Shown: positions 1-8,817 of the stretch, one piece after another
Numbering within the stretch: the stretch's first letter is position 1
Layout of the letters: each line of letters starts with the position of its first letter
The notes under the pieces: generated by a model
Database searches by the model: none
Seen by the model: only the letters and a program-made list of their open reading frames with translations
What the model was told of the DNA's origin: nothing
Assembly (NCBI GenBank): GCA_964411275.1
Contig: CAYPKG010000009.1
Coordinates: forward strand, 1,730 to 65,729
Length of the DNA stretch: 64,000 nucleotides
Source: an uncultured Oscillospiraceae bacterium
Lineage (GTDB): Bacteria > Bacillota > Clostridia > Christensenellales > CAG-138
Reading direction: 5' to 3'
Program-made: the position numbers and the translations under genes

Positions 1-2
1 TG

Positions 3-368
3 GTGGTGCTCATGAAAGAGCCATCCATCAACATCCAGGGCGCGGCGGTATCCACGGTTGTATGCTATGCAGCGGCGGGACTGTTGGACGCGATTTATCT
101 TGTAAGAAAAACCAACATGCGGCTGAACCTCTGGGATGTATTTGGCAAGCCGATCCTATCCTCGGCGCTGATGGGGGTGGCGGTGCATTTCCTGTTTGCT
201 GCGTTGAGCGGCGCAGGGGTAAACTCCACCATCGCCACGCTGGGCTCTGTGGGCGTGGGCGTAGCGCTGTATGGGGTGTTGGTGTTTGTGCTCAAGATGC
301 TCAGCCCAGGGGACCTTGCCCTGATCCCCGGCGGGAAGCGCTTGGAACAATTGATGTACAGGAGATAA
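3..368 (+). CDS. MOP-superfamily flippase (SpoVB/MurJ/YabM-like), C-terminal fragment; 5' end lies outside the window
   Basis: Frame is open to the window edge. TM-rich hydrophobic C-terminus. Lies immediately upstream of the yabN/mazG homologue, as yabM-type flippases do in Firmicutes. Confidence 0.55.
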   Translation: MVLMKEPSINIQGAAVSTVVCYAAAGLLDAIYLVRKTNMRLNLWDVFGKPILSSALMGVAVHFLFAALSGAGVNSTIATLGSVGVGVALYGVLVFVLKMLSPGDLALIPGGKRLEQLMYRR

Positions 369-372
369 CAAA

Positions 373-1812
373 ATGGCAAACCTCACCATCGCTGCGTTGT
401 CCACCCCCGAAACAATTTCAGCAGCCGCCCTGGCCGCCTGCAAAGAGGCGGCAACCCTCTATGTGCTGACGGCACAGACGCCCTGCATCTTGCCCCTGGA
501 GGCACTATCGTATCAAAGCATGGACGATCTCTATGAGGCGGCGGAGGACTTTGACGCGCTCAACGAGGCCATCGCCGTGAGGCTCATCACATGCCTGGAA
601 ACGGGGGACGCGGTGTTTGCCGCGCCCGGGCGCGGGCCGGGTGAGGCGCTCATCGGGCTTATCAAGAGCCGGGCAACGCAAGCGGGGCATGCTGTCACGC
701 TGCTGCCCGGCCTGGGCTATGGCGATGCCGCGCCATGGCCTGTGGCCGCGGGACAAGCCAGGGTGACGGCCATGGCAAACGCGCTGCCGGAACGCCTTAG
801 CCCCTATCTACCGCTGATGGTGGAGGAGATAGACTCCCGCATCCGGGCGGGGGAAGTGAAGCTCGCGTTAAGCGAATACTGGCCGGACGATTTTCCCGTA
901 TATTGGGCGGTCATGGGCGCGGACGGCAAGTATGCCGTTTCTCAATTCCCCCTGTTTGAGCTGGATCAACAAAACGCCTATCACGCCACCAGCGCGCTGC
1001 TGGTTCCCGCCGCGTCGTTTTCTGAGCTTACTAGGCACGGATACGAAGGGCTGGAACTGGTGATGCACCGTCTTCGTGCGCCGGGCGGCTGCCCCTGGGA
1101 TCGGGAGCAGACCCACGAAAGCCTGAAAAAGACAATCATCGAGGAATGCTACGAGGTGCTGGACGCCATTGACCGCGAGGACGATGGGGCTATCTGCGAG
1201 GAGCTGGGAGACGTGCTGCTGCAGGTGGCCTTTCATGCGGAAATCGCCGCTGAACAAGCCCGGTTTACCGGCCGGGACGTGGCCACGGGCATTGTGCAAA
1301 AGCTCGTATACCGCCACCCCCATATATTCGCGGACGGGGACGCAAGCTCTGCCGGCGAGGTGCTTGTCAAGTGGGAGCAGCTAAAGAAAGCGGAAAAGCA
1401 GTTTGCCTCCCAGTCGGAGGTGCTTAAGGCGGTACCAAAAAACCTGCCCGCGCTGATGCGCAGCTACAAAATCCAGAAGAAGGCGGCCCAGGTAGGCTTT
1501 GACTGGGAAAGCGCCGCCGACGCCCTGCCTAAGCTTCAAGAAGAGGTGGAGGAGCTAAAGGATGCCATGGAGGGCCGGGGCGATGTTTTGGAAGAGTTTG
1601 GCGACTTGCTGTTTGCCGCGGTGAATGTGGGGCGGCTTTGGGGCCTGGAGCCTGAGGAGGCTCTTGGGAAATCCTGTGAGAAATTTGTGCGTCGGTTTGC
1701 CAAAATGGAAGACTTGTCCATAGCTGGAGGTAATAAACTAGAGGATATGACCTTGCTGGAGCAAAATAATCTGTGGAATCTTATAAAAAACGCCGAGAAT
1801 AGGGCAAAATAA
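373..1812 (+). CDS. mazG: YabN-type fusion: N-terminal methylase-like domain plus tandem MazG nucleoside-triphosphate pyrophosphohydrolase domains
   Basis: 479-aa ORF with two MazG-type acidic motifs (EELGDVLLQVAFHAEIA and EEFGDLLFAAVNVGR). Tightly packed after the upstream gene. Confidence 0.85.
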   Translation: MANLTIAALSTPETISAAALAACKEAATLYVLTAQTPCILPLEALSYQSMDDLYEAAEDFDALNEAIAVRLITCLETGDAVFAAPGRGPGEALIGLIKSRATQAGHAVTLLPGLGYGDAAPWPVAAGQARVTAMANALPERLSPYLPLMVEEIDSRIRAGEVKLALSEYWPDDFPVYWAVMGADGKYAVSQFPLFELDQQNAYHATSALLVPAASFSELTRHGYEGLELVMHRLRAPGGCPWDREQTHESLKKTIIEECYEVLDAIDREDDGAICEELGDVLLQVAFHAEIAAEQARFTGRDVATGIVQKLVYRHPHIFADGDASSAGEVLVKWEQLKKAEKQFASQSEVLKAVPKNLPALMRSYKIQKKAAQVGFDWESAADALPKLQEEVEELKDAMEGRGDVLEEFGDLLFAAVNVGRLWGLEPEEALGKSCEKFVRRFAKMEDLSIAGGNKLEDMTLLEQNNLWNLIKNAENRAK

Positions 1813-1824
1813 CGATAAAGGGAC

Positions 1825-1853
1825 TTGTATCTGAAGGAAAAGACTGGTACAAT
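1825..1853 (+). promoter_or_regulatory. sigma-A-type promoter for hup
   Basis: TTGTAT-17 nt-TACAAT with an extended -10 TG (cTGgTACAAT), about 60 nt upstream of the hup ATG. Confidence 0.55.
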
Positions 1854-1913
1854 AGTGATCGGTTATCAAACAAAAAATAACGTTTTAGTAATAACAAGGA
1901 GGACTAATTTTAC

Positions 1914-2186
1914 ATGAACAAAACCGATTTGATCGCTGCCGTCGCTTCGAAGAGCGAGCTGTCCAAGAAGGATGCCGAAAAGGCCGTAAACGCGTTTATT
2001 GCTACTGTTACCGAATCTTTGCAGGCTGGCGAGAAGGTACAGATGGTTGGCTTCGGCGTATTCGAGGTCAAGAACCGTGAAGCGCGCAAGGGCCACAATC
2101 CTATGACCGGTGCGGAGATTGATATCCCCGCGTCCAAGGCCCCCGTTTTCAAGGCCGGCAAAGCGTTTAAGGAATCCCTTAACTAA
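1914..2186 (+). CDS. hup: DNA-binding protein HU
   Basis: 90 aa. MNKTDLI...[41 protein letters not shown] is a near-textbook HU/IHF fold sequence. AGGAGG RBS upstream. Confidence 0.95.
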   Translation: MNKTDLIAAVASKSELSKKDAEKAVNAFIATVTESLQAGEKVQMVGFGVFEVKNREARKGHNPMTGAEIDIPASKAPVFKAGKAFKESLN

Positions 2187-2206
2187 GCCGTTTTATGGCA
2201 AGCGCG

Positions 2207-2238
2207 AGCTGTCCGGTACACGCCGGACAGCTTTTTTT
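2207..2238 (+). terminator. Rho-independent terminator of hup
   Basis: AGCTGTCCGG/CCGGACAGCT 10-bp stem followed by TTTTTT. Confidence 0.8.
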
Positions 2239-2253
2239 GAAAGGATAACTAAA

Positions 2254-3018
2254 ATGGATGGGATTTGGGGGAAGCTTTTAATCGTTTGCCCGATGGTATT
2301 CTTGGCCGGATTTGCTGACAGCATCGCGGGGGGCGGCGGTATCATCTCTCTGCCCGCCTATCTGTTTGCGGGCCTGCCCGTGCACATGGCCTACGGTACC
2401 AATAAATTCGCCATGAGCCTTGGCACTGCTGTCAGCACGTACAAATACTGGCGCTCCGGCAATATCCGGTTGCGCACAGGCATATTCGCGGTAGCTGGCG
2501 CGCTCCTTGGCTCCTACCTGGGGGCGCAGCTTGCCATGCTGCTGGATGAAAAATACTTGAGCTATTGCCTGATGGTGCTATTGCCTGTGGTGGCGGTGTT
2601 TCTCATGCTAAATAGGAAGTTTGGCGACGGCCAGGAAAAGAACCTGAAGCCATGGGCGGAATATGCCCTGTGCGCCGGCATCGGCCTTGTGGTGGGGGCG
2701 TACGACGGCTTTTTCGGCCCGGGAACCGGCACGTTTCTGGCGCTGCTGTTTACAGGCGTGCTGGGGTATTCCCTGCTGTTGGCTTCAGGCAACGCAAGGC
2801 TTGTAAACCTGGCGTCCAACGTGGGCGCTCTCACGGCGTATCTCATTGGGGGCAAGGTGATGTTCGCCGTGGGAGTTCCCGCGGCAATCTGCGCGGTGGC
2901 CGGGAATTATGTAGGCGCGAAGCTGGCCATTCAAAACGGCGCCAAATTCATCCGGCCGGTGATGGTGGCGGTGATCGTGCTGCTGTTCATTAAAATATTC
3001 GGGGATTATGTGATGTAA
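2254..3018 (+). CDS. TSUP (TauE/SafE) family membrane permease
   Basis: Polytopic membrane protein with the typical TSUP start (FADSIAGGGGIISLPAYL) and internal repeat (GAYDGFFGPGTGTF). ATG at 2254 chosen because the longer ORF (from 2110) overlaps hup and its terminator. Confidence 0.8.
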   Translation: MDGIWGKLLIVCPMVFLAGFADSIAGGGGIISLPAYLFAGLPVHMAYGTNKFAMSLGTAVSTYKYWRSGNIRLRTGIFAVAGALLGSYLGAQLAMLLDEKYLSYCLMVLLPVVAVFLMLNRKFGDGQEKNLKPWAEYALCAGIGLVVGAYDGFFGPGTGTFLALLFTGVLGYSLLLASGNARLVNLASNVGALTAYLIGGKVMFAVGVPAAICAVAGNYVGAKLAIQNGAKFIRPVMVAVIVLLFIKIFGDYVM

Positions 3019-3039
3019 TACTGACCAATTGAAATAAAA

Positions 3040-3079
3040 TTGCCCGGCCGTGCTCAATTACACAGTCGGACAATTTTTT
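3040..3079. terminator. Bidirectional terminator hairpin (TSUP gene on +, SRP RNA on -)
   Basis: TTGCCCGGC...GTCGGACAA stem (one mismatch) followed by TTTTTT on + and by TTTTATTT on -. Confidence 0.55.
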
Positions 3080-3085
3080 AAAATA

Positions 3086-3374
3086 CCGCGCACCCATCCC
3101 TTGACCAAAAACTTCCAGGCGGCACCCCGGCAGGTGGCTCCGGCCAGGCGCCCCCGCGGCACATCGGACATTCTGCTTAATGCTGCTTCCGTCAGGATCT
3201 GACATGGTTCACAGACGCCGATTGCACGGGACCCAGCCCTCAACACTCCTTACCGGTACCAGTACCCCACAAGCCTTGGCCGCGGGACGGGAATTCAGCC
3301 CTGCTGTAGCGGATTGCAGGTACAGGGCACCGCTATCTCCCCGCCTAGCGCGGCAAACTGGTGATCGATAGAGT
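3086..3374 (-). ncRNA. ffs: Signal recognition particle RNA, long Bacillus/Clostridium type with Alu-like 5' domain (ends approximate)
   Basis: Minus strand reads GUCAGAUCCUGACGGAAGCAGCAUUAAGCAGAAUGUCCGAUGUGCCGCGGG. This parallels conserved SRP domain IV (E. coli 4.5S: GGUCAGGUCCGGAAGGAAGCAGCCAAGGCAGAUGACGCGUGUGCCGGG). The 5' part GGUGCCCUGUACCUGCAAUCCGCUACAGCAGGGCUGA resembles the Alu-domain helices. It has its own promoter, and there is no credible ORF in the 440-nt convergent gap. Confidence 0.78.
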
Positions 3375-3380
3375 TCATCC

Positions 3381-3409
3381 ATCATACACCATTTACCGGC
3401 ATGATGCAA
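3381..3409 (-). promoter_or_regulatory. sigma-A-type promoter for SRP RNA
   Basis: Minus strand TTGCAT-17 nt-TATGAT directly upstream of the SRP RNA region. Confidence 0.5.
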
Positions 3410-3428
3410 GAATTATTGCATTACCTCA

Positions 3429-3458
3429 CCATCGACAAAGCCAAGGCTTTGTTGATGG
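3429..3458. repeat. 30-nt palindromic element, copy 1 (terminator-like hairpin 4 nt after the prsA-like stop codon)
   Basis: CCATCGACAAAGCCAAGGCTTTGTTGATGG; 27/30 identical to the reverse complement of 60995-61024. Confidence 0.6.
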
Positions 3459-3462
3459 TATT

Positions 3463-4842
3463 TTATCCCACCGGTTTGCCCACGTCGCGGATCACGTCCG
3501 TATAGCGGGTGACGATGCTGCTGTCGTTGCACCAGGCATCCAATGTGGCTTCCCATTCCTCAGTCTGCTTGTTGGCAAGAGCCAGTGCGTGCATTTCGTC
3601 CTTAACCTGGTCGAAAGTCCGTTCGCCGGCGGTTTCATTGCCCACGTACTGGAGGATGTGGTACCCTTCATCGTTCTTGATGATGGAAGTAAAGCTGCCC
3701 ACAGTGGTCAGCGCCATCGCCGCGTTCTTCAGATCCTCAGACCAGTCGGGGGATGTGGCGTTCTCGCTCATGAGCTTGCCCTTTTGCTGGAACACCTCAA
3801 AGTTTATGAAATCGCTGTCCTTGGTGTATTCCATCATCACGGCATCAAAGCTCTCCCCCGCCTCCAGCCGCGCGTAGGCGGCCTCTGCGTCGGTCTTGGC
3901 CGTGGCGAAATGCTCCTCGTACATCTTTTCCTTCTGCGCCTTCATTTCGGCGTACTCGCCCTTGATTTCAGCAATACGGGCGGCGTTGGCAGTCTCGTCG
4001 GTCAGGTTCAGCTGGCCAAGCTCCGCCTCGAGCTCGCTCATCTTCGTGGAAATATCCGTATACTCGGTTCCCAATTCCGCCTCAGGCACGAACTTGATAT
4101 ACTTCACCCGGCGGTACCCTTGCGGGGTATACAGCATCGGCTGCCCCTCATAGCGCTCGAAATTCTCCTGCTCGGTTTTATAAATGCCGGGGTCAGTTTC
4201 GATGGCGGTTTTCTGTTCCGTCAGCGTCGCGTCATAAAACGCTTTGACCTCGTCGTCACCGATGGTAACCTGCTGATTAAACGTCTCGCGCACCTTTTCG
4301 CGCAGGACGCTTTCGGTAAATTGCTTAGACAGCACGTCCTTGAGCGCGGCCTCGTCCATTGCCTCGCCAAAGTAGCTCATTGTGATCTCGTCAAACAATT
4401 CTTTCGTGCGCACGGCGGTGTCCAGCGAGGCGTCCTCGGCAAGCTCCAGCTCCACCTCTTCGCTGATCATATCGTTGATATATGTTATCTCTTCCGCAAC
4501 GGAAGCATCTACCTCGGCCTGCTCCTCGGTTGTCAGGGTGTTGAGGCCCTGGACATTCGCCTGATATTCCAATACCTTGGTGCTGATGAGACTCTCCAGC
4601 AGATAGTCCTGGAAGGATTGAAGCTCCTCGGGCGTGGCGGTAACATCCATCCCGTACATCTGATACATGGAAGCGAGGCTTTCAAAACTCTCCACGTATT
4701 CCTGCTTGGTGATTTCTACATCGTCAACCTTGGCGACGATTTGGGCCATGTCCTTTTCCTCGTTGACGCTGACCAGGCTGCATCCTACGGCGCTAAGGCA
4801 CAGAATGAGCCCCAGCATCAGGGCAACCAACCGTTTCTTCAT
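3463..4842 (-). CDS. PrsA/SurA-like foldase lipoprotein (parvulin-type peptidyl-prolyl isomerase)
   Basis: Lipoprotein signal MKKRLVALMLGLILCLSAVGCS and a C-terminal parvulin-like segment (GSFTSIIKNDEGYHILQY). AAGGAG RBS 8 nt before the ATG at 4842. Confidence 0.8.
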   Translation of the reverse strand: MKKRLVALMLGLILCLSAVGCSLVSVNEEKDMAQIVAKVDDVEITKQEYVESFESLASMYQMYGMDVTATPEELQSFQDYLLESLISTKVLEYQANVQGLNTLTTEEQAEVDASVAEEITYINDMISEEVELELAEDASLDTAVRTKELFDEITMSYFGEAMDEAALKDVLSKQFTESVLREKVRETFNQQVTIGDDEVKAFYDATLTEQKTAIETDPGIYKTEQENFERYEGQPMLYTPQGYRRVKYIKFVPEAELGTEYTDISTKMSELEAELGQLNLTDETANAARIAEIKGEYAEMKAQKEKMYEEHFATAKTDAEAAYARLEAGESFDAVMMEYTKDSDFINFEVFQQKGKLMSENATSPDWSEDLKNAAMALTTVGSFTSIIKNDEGYHILQYVGNETAGERTFDQVKDEMHALALANKQTEEWEATLDAWCNDSSIVTRYTDVIRDVGKPVG

Positions 4843-4910
4843 TGTGCAATCTCCTTTTCTTTTCTTCCCCAAATATCGATCGGGGCTCCCGCCCCGGTCC
4901 CCTCTGTTTT

Positions 4911-6182
4911 TTACTTGATCTTATCCCCGTACAATGTCACAATCCCCTGATCCTTCGCCTTTTGCCCATATTCCGAGCGGAGCTGGAAGGCCTGGGTAAT
5001 CCCGGCGGACTGGGCCAGGTTTGAACGGATCTGATCATCAACCTCGGAAAACTCACGCACGCCGGCCTCCAATTTCTCATCAAGGTACACCACGCACACG
5101 CCGTCCACAATATTCACGATCTCGGAGATATCCCCCGGATTTTGCAGCTGCAGCGCGGCGTCCCGGAACGTTTCCTCCACCTGTGTGCTTTCCTTGCAGA
5201 CATAATAGGGGATGATGTTAATGTCCTCGCTTTTTTCATTCATCAGCTTCATGAAATCCGCGCCCTCCTGAAGCGGGGCCATGATATCCGCCTGAAACGT
5301 CTTATGCAGCGACTCCAGGGCGCTGTTGAGCAAGCTTTCATATGCCAATGTCGCCCGGTCCAGCTCTTTTTGCTTGGATTTGGCGCCGGAGCCATTCTCG
5401 CCGCTTTCCTGTACAGCCGCAAAATACTGGGATGCCGCCAAGGACAGGCTTGTGGCCGCCGTCTGCAGCTCCTGCATTTGCTGGGAATTGAATTTCTTCG
5501 CAAGCCGCAGCACTTTCACATATCCTTCCGGAACATACACGATGACCGGCGGCAGGTTTTCACCCAGCCAACCGATGTTTTCTGCGCAACCCGCCTGTTG
5601 TTCCGCAAGCAGCTTGTCGTACTGCGCCCGGACTTCCTCATCAGAAATAACGATCTCCGCCTCCATTTGCTGCATCAAAAGCGCGGAAACATAGTTGTCC
5701 GTAATCGTGGCGCGCACCCGTTCCTCGTTGAGGGAGTTTTCCTTCATCAGCTCCTCAAAAGCCTGTTCGGCCTTGCGCATTCCCTTCTCGTCAGAGCCGA
5801 AACGCTCGATATACACAGCGATTGTCTGCTGATAATATTCATTGTACTGCTGATCGATTTCCATTTTCTGTTCGTCGGTCAGATCGTAAAGCCCGCGGCT
5901 GCGCGCCTCCTCTTTGAGGGCGGTGCGGCCCACGAGATCGTCGATTACCTGCTGCTTGAGCTCCGCGTATTCTGCGGCATACTGCTGCTTGGTAACATCC
6001 GCACCATAATACTGTTCGTACAGCGCAACCTGTTTGGCGAGATTTTGTTCATACTCCCAATGGTAGATCGGCGTTTCCCCCACCAATCCCACTACTTCAT
6101 TGGGGTCTTTCGCGCAGCCCGCCAGTGTGGTAAGCGCAATCAACAGCGCCATCACCAGCGTGAGCTTTTGTATCGCCTTCAT
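4911..6182 (-). CDS. PrsA/SurA-like foldase lipoprotein, paralogue 2
   Basis: Lipobox LTTLAGCAKD, coiled/acidic SurA-N-like middle region, parvulin-like C-terminus (GDISEIVNIVDGVCVVYL). AAGGAG RBS. Confidence 0.75.
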   Translation of the reverse strand: MKAIQKLTLVMALLIALTTLAGCAKDPNEVVGLVGETPIYHWEYEQNLAKQVALYEQYYGADVTKQQYAAEYAELKQQVIDDLVGRTALKEEARSRGLYDLTDEQKMEIDQQYNEYYQQTIAVYIERFGSDEKGMRKAEQAFEELMKENSLNEERVRATITDNYVSALLMQQMEAEIVISDEEVRAQYDKLLAEQQAGCAENIGWLGENLPPVIVYVPEGYVKVLRLAKKFNSQQMQELQTAATSLSLAASQYFAAVQESGENGSGAKSKQKELDRATLAYESLLNSALESLHKTFQADIMAPLQEGADFMKLMNEKSEDINIIPYYVCKESTQVEETFRDAALQLQNPGDISEIVNIVDGVCVVYLDEKLEAGVREFSEVDDQIRSNLAQSAGITQAFQLRSEYGQKAKDQGIVTLYGDKIK

Positions 6183-6385
6183 TCTGCGTTCTCCTTTTTA
6201 AGTTGGTAAACCCGCAACCCGCCGAATAACCCATGCAGCGCGAACAGGCCGAAATACGGGCAAGTCTGCCCAGCACACATCATTATACCTATTTTACATC
6301 CGCATTGCAACGAAAGAACAAGACCCATCCTGTAAACAAACTGTGGCAGAATGCGGATATCTGCCTTAAACTTGCAGCAACCTGA

Positions 6386-6414
6386 TTGTATCCCGTTTGC
6401 CGGGCATGTATAAT
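6386..6414 (+). promoter_or_regulatory. sigma-A-type promoter positioned for a leaderless P-type ATPase mRNA
   Basis: TTGTAT-17 nt-TATAAT; the ATG at 6421 begins 7 nt after the -10. No Shine-Dalgarno sequence precedes any candidate start. Confidence 0.5.
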
Positions 6415-6420
6415 AGCAAC

Positions 6421-8808
6421 ATGGCAGAAAAATCATTTGCGCGCCTTTTCCCCGACCCGAATACGGGCCTTACAAAGGCGCAAATACAAAACAGAATAGA
6501 GAACGGACTCGTCAATACACAGCCGCCCGGCATCACAAAAACCGCCGGGCAGATACTAAGGGAGAACCTTTGTACGTTCTTTAACGCCCTGAATTTTGGC
6601 CTCGCCATTTGCCTGCTGCTGGTTAAAAGTTACTCCAACCTGCTGTTTATGGGCGTGGTTTTATGCAATCTGCTCATCGGCACCGTTCAGCAGCTGCGCT
6701 CAAAAAAGACGGTGGAGAGGCTATCCGTGTTATACGCGCCCAAGGCCCGGGCGATCCGGGATGGGGTGGAAACCAGCCTGCCTGTAGACAGGCTGGTTCT
6801 TGACGACGTCATCCGCCTGAAGCTGGGGGATCAAATCCCGGCAGACGCCATCCTGATCGCGGGGGATGTGGAGGTCAACGAGGCGCTCTTGACGGGCGAA
6901 CCGGACGCCATCGCAAAGCAGTCGGGGGATCTGCTGCTTTCCGGCTCCTTCGTAGTTTCCGGCGAGTGCCGGGCGCGGGTGGAGCGGCTGGGGGAGGAGA
7001 ACTACGCCACCCGCATCGCCCAGGAAGCACGAAAGTATAAAAAGGTGCGCTCCAACCTCATGCGCTCCCTGCAGCGCATCATCCACTTCACCGGCGGCGC
7101 GGTGCTGCCGCTGGGGGTGCTGTTGTTTTCCCGGGCGTATTTCCTCTCCGGGCATACCCTGCAAAGCGCGGTGGAACAGACAGCCGGGTCCATGATCGGC
7201 ATGATCCCCTCAGGGCTGATGCTGCTCACCTCGGTAACACTGGCTGTGGGTGTGATGACCCTCACGAAAAAAAAGACACTTGTCCAGGAGATGTACAGCA
7301 TTGAAACCCTGTCCAGGGTGGATATGCTTTGCCTGGATAAGACGGGTACCCTCACCGCGGGGCAAATGGAGGTCACCGCCATCCTGCATCCGGATGAGAA
7401 TATGGCCCTGGAAACACAGGGCCTGATCGCAGATTTCTGCGGCGCGTTGCCGGAAGACAACACCACCGCAACCGCGCTCATCAGCTATTGCCGCTCTCAA
7501 AACGCGCAGCGTACCCGGGAAGCTATGGGCATCCTCCCCTTTTCCTCGGAAAGAAAGTACAGCGCCGCCGCGTTCCCCGGGGTGGGCGTGCTGTATCTTG
7601 GCGCGATGGAGTTTCTCCGCCCCCGGCTGCCGGATCAGCTTGTGGCGGCGGCGGACCAATACGCGAAAAATGGCAGCCGGGTGCTTGTGTTCGCGCTGGA
7701 CAAGGATGCCCTTGACCCAAAGGCCCCGCCCCGGGAGCCCGAGGCCCTGTGCCTTGTGCTGCTGTCCGACACGTTAAGGCCGGAGGCAAAGCAGACCCTC
7801 GGGTTTTTCATAAGCGAGGGCGTGAATATCAAGCTCATCTCCGGGGACGATCCCCGGACGGTGTCAGGCGTCGCAAGGCGGCTTTCCCTGACCGGCAGCG
7901 ATAAATGGGTGGACGCCTCCACGCTTTTAGATGAGGCGGCGGTGAAGGCGGCGGCCACAAATTACGTGATATTCGGCCGGGTTTCCCCCCAGCAAAAGCG
8001 CTGGCTGGTAGAGGCCCTGAAAGAAGCGGGACATACGGTGGCGATGACAGGCGACGGGGTTAACGATGTGTTGGCATTGAAGGAAGCGGACTGCTCCATC
8101 GCGCTAAATGCCGGAAGCGATGCCGCGCGCCAGGTTTCCCATCTGGTGCTGCTGGACGATGATTTCGCGAGCCTGCCCGCCGTTGTCATGGAAGGGCGGC
8201 GGGTAATCAACAACATCACCCGAACCGCGTCGCTGTTTCTGGTGAAAACCATATTCTCCTTCCTGTTGACGGTATGCTCCGTGTTTTTCGGCATCCGCTA
8301 TCCCTTCCAGCCGGTGCAGCTTTCCCTGATCAGCGCGCTTACAATCGGCATCCCCTCCTTCGTGCTGGCGCTGGAACCCAACCGCATCAGGATTACGGGG
8401 GATTTTCTAAAAAACGTGCTGGCCCGGGCGCTGCCGGGGGCGATACTGGTGTTTTTATACTCCATCATCGCCAATACCCTGGGCCCGCTTGTCGGATTAA
8501 ACCATCTGGAAGTGAGCACGCTGTGTGTATATCTGACGGGCTGCGCGGGGCTTTGCGTACTGCTTAAGGTTTCCCTGCCCATAAACTGGAAACGGGCTGC
8601 GCTCTTTGTCTGCATGACCCTGGGGTTCCTCCTCGGTGCGTATTACCTGCGGCGCATTCTGGACATCGGCCTGCCGGTGGGGCGTATCCTCTGGCTACTG
8701 TTGCCCATGGCCGCGGGCTGCTATCCGCTGCTGATGGGGCTGTCGAAATTCATCAGCCTGTTCCTGCTGCGCAACCGGACGATTTTATCGGATATTAAGG
8801 ATGAATGA
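6421..8808 (+). CDS. Cation-transporting P-type (E1-E2) ATPase, P2-like without N-terminal metal-binding domain
   Basis: TGEP actuator motif, DKTGTLT phosphorylation site, MTGDGVNDVLALKEADCSIA hinge, about 10 TM segments. Start uncertain (TTG 6397, ATG 6406, ATG 6421). Confidence 0.9.
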   Translation: MAEKSFARLFPDPNTGLTKAQIQNRIENGLVNTQPPGITKTAGQILRENLCTFFNALNFGLAICLLLVKSYSNLLFMGVVLCNLLIGTVQQLRSKKTVERLSVLYAPKARAIRDGVETSLPVDRLVLDDVIRLKLGDQIPADAILIAGDVEVNEALLTGEPDAIAKQSGDLLLSGSFVVSGECRARVERLGEENYATRIAQEARKYKKVRSNLMRSLQRIIHFTGGAVLPLGVLLFSRAYFLSGHTLQSAVEQTAGSMIGMIPSGLMLLTSVTLAVGVMTLTKKKTLVQEMYSIETLSRVDMLCLDKTGTLTAGQMEVTAILHPDENMALETQGLIADFCGALPEDNTTATALISYCRSQNAQRTREAMGILPFSSERKYSAAAFPGVGVLYLGAMEFLRPRLPDQLVAAADQYAKNGSRVLVFALDKDALDPKAPPREPEALCLVLLSDTLRPEAKQTLGFFISEGVNIKLISGDDPRTVSGVARRLSLTGSDKWVDASTLLDEAAVKAAATNYVIFGRVSPQQKRWLVEALKEAGHTVAMTGDGVNDVLALKEADCSIALNAGSDAARQVSHLVLLDDDFASLPAVVMEGRRVINNITRTASLFLVKTIFSFLLTVCSVFFGIRYPFQPVQLSLISALTIGIPSFVLALEPNRIRITGDFLKNVLARALPGAILVFLYSIIANTLGPLVGLNHLEVSTLCVYLTGCAGLCVLLKVSLPINWKRAALFVCMTLGFLLGAYYLRRILDIGLPVGRILWLLLPMAAGCYPLLMGLSKFISLFLLRNRTILSDIKDE

Positions 8809-8817
8809 GGTGAAACC

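Noticed and set aside
2110-2253. N-terminal 48-codon extension of the TSUP ORF
   Set aside because: It would overlap the hup coding region and read through the hup terminator. The ATG at 2254 gives a normal TSUP N-terminus.
3180-3409. Short ORFs (62-66 aa) in the convergent gap
   Set aside because: They overlap the SRP RNA gene and its promoter and have no RBS.
3361-4950. 529-aa ORF on the + strand
   Set aside because: It is entirely antisense to the well-supported PrsA-like lipoprotein gene. It has no RBS, and its Leu/Val/Gly/His/Arg-rich composition is typical of a stop-poor antisense frame in high-GC DNA. The same reasoning applies to 5142-6209 (+).
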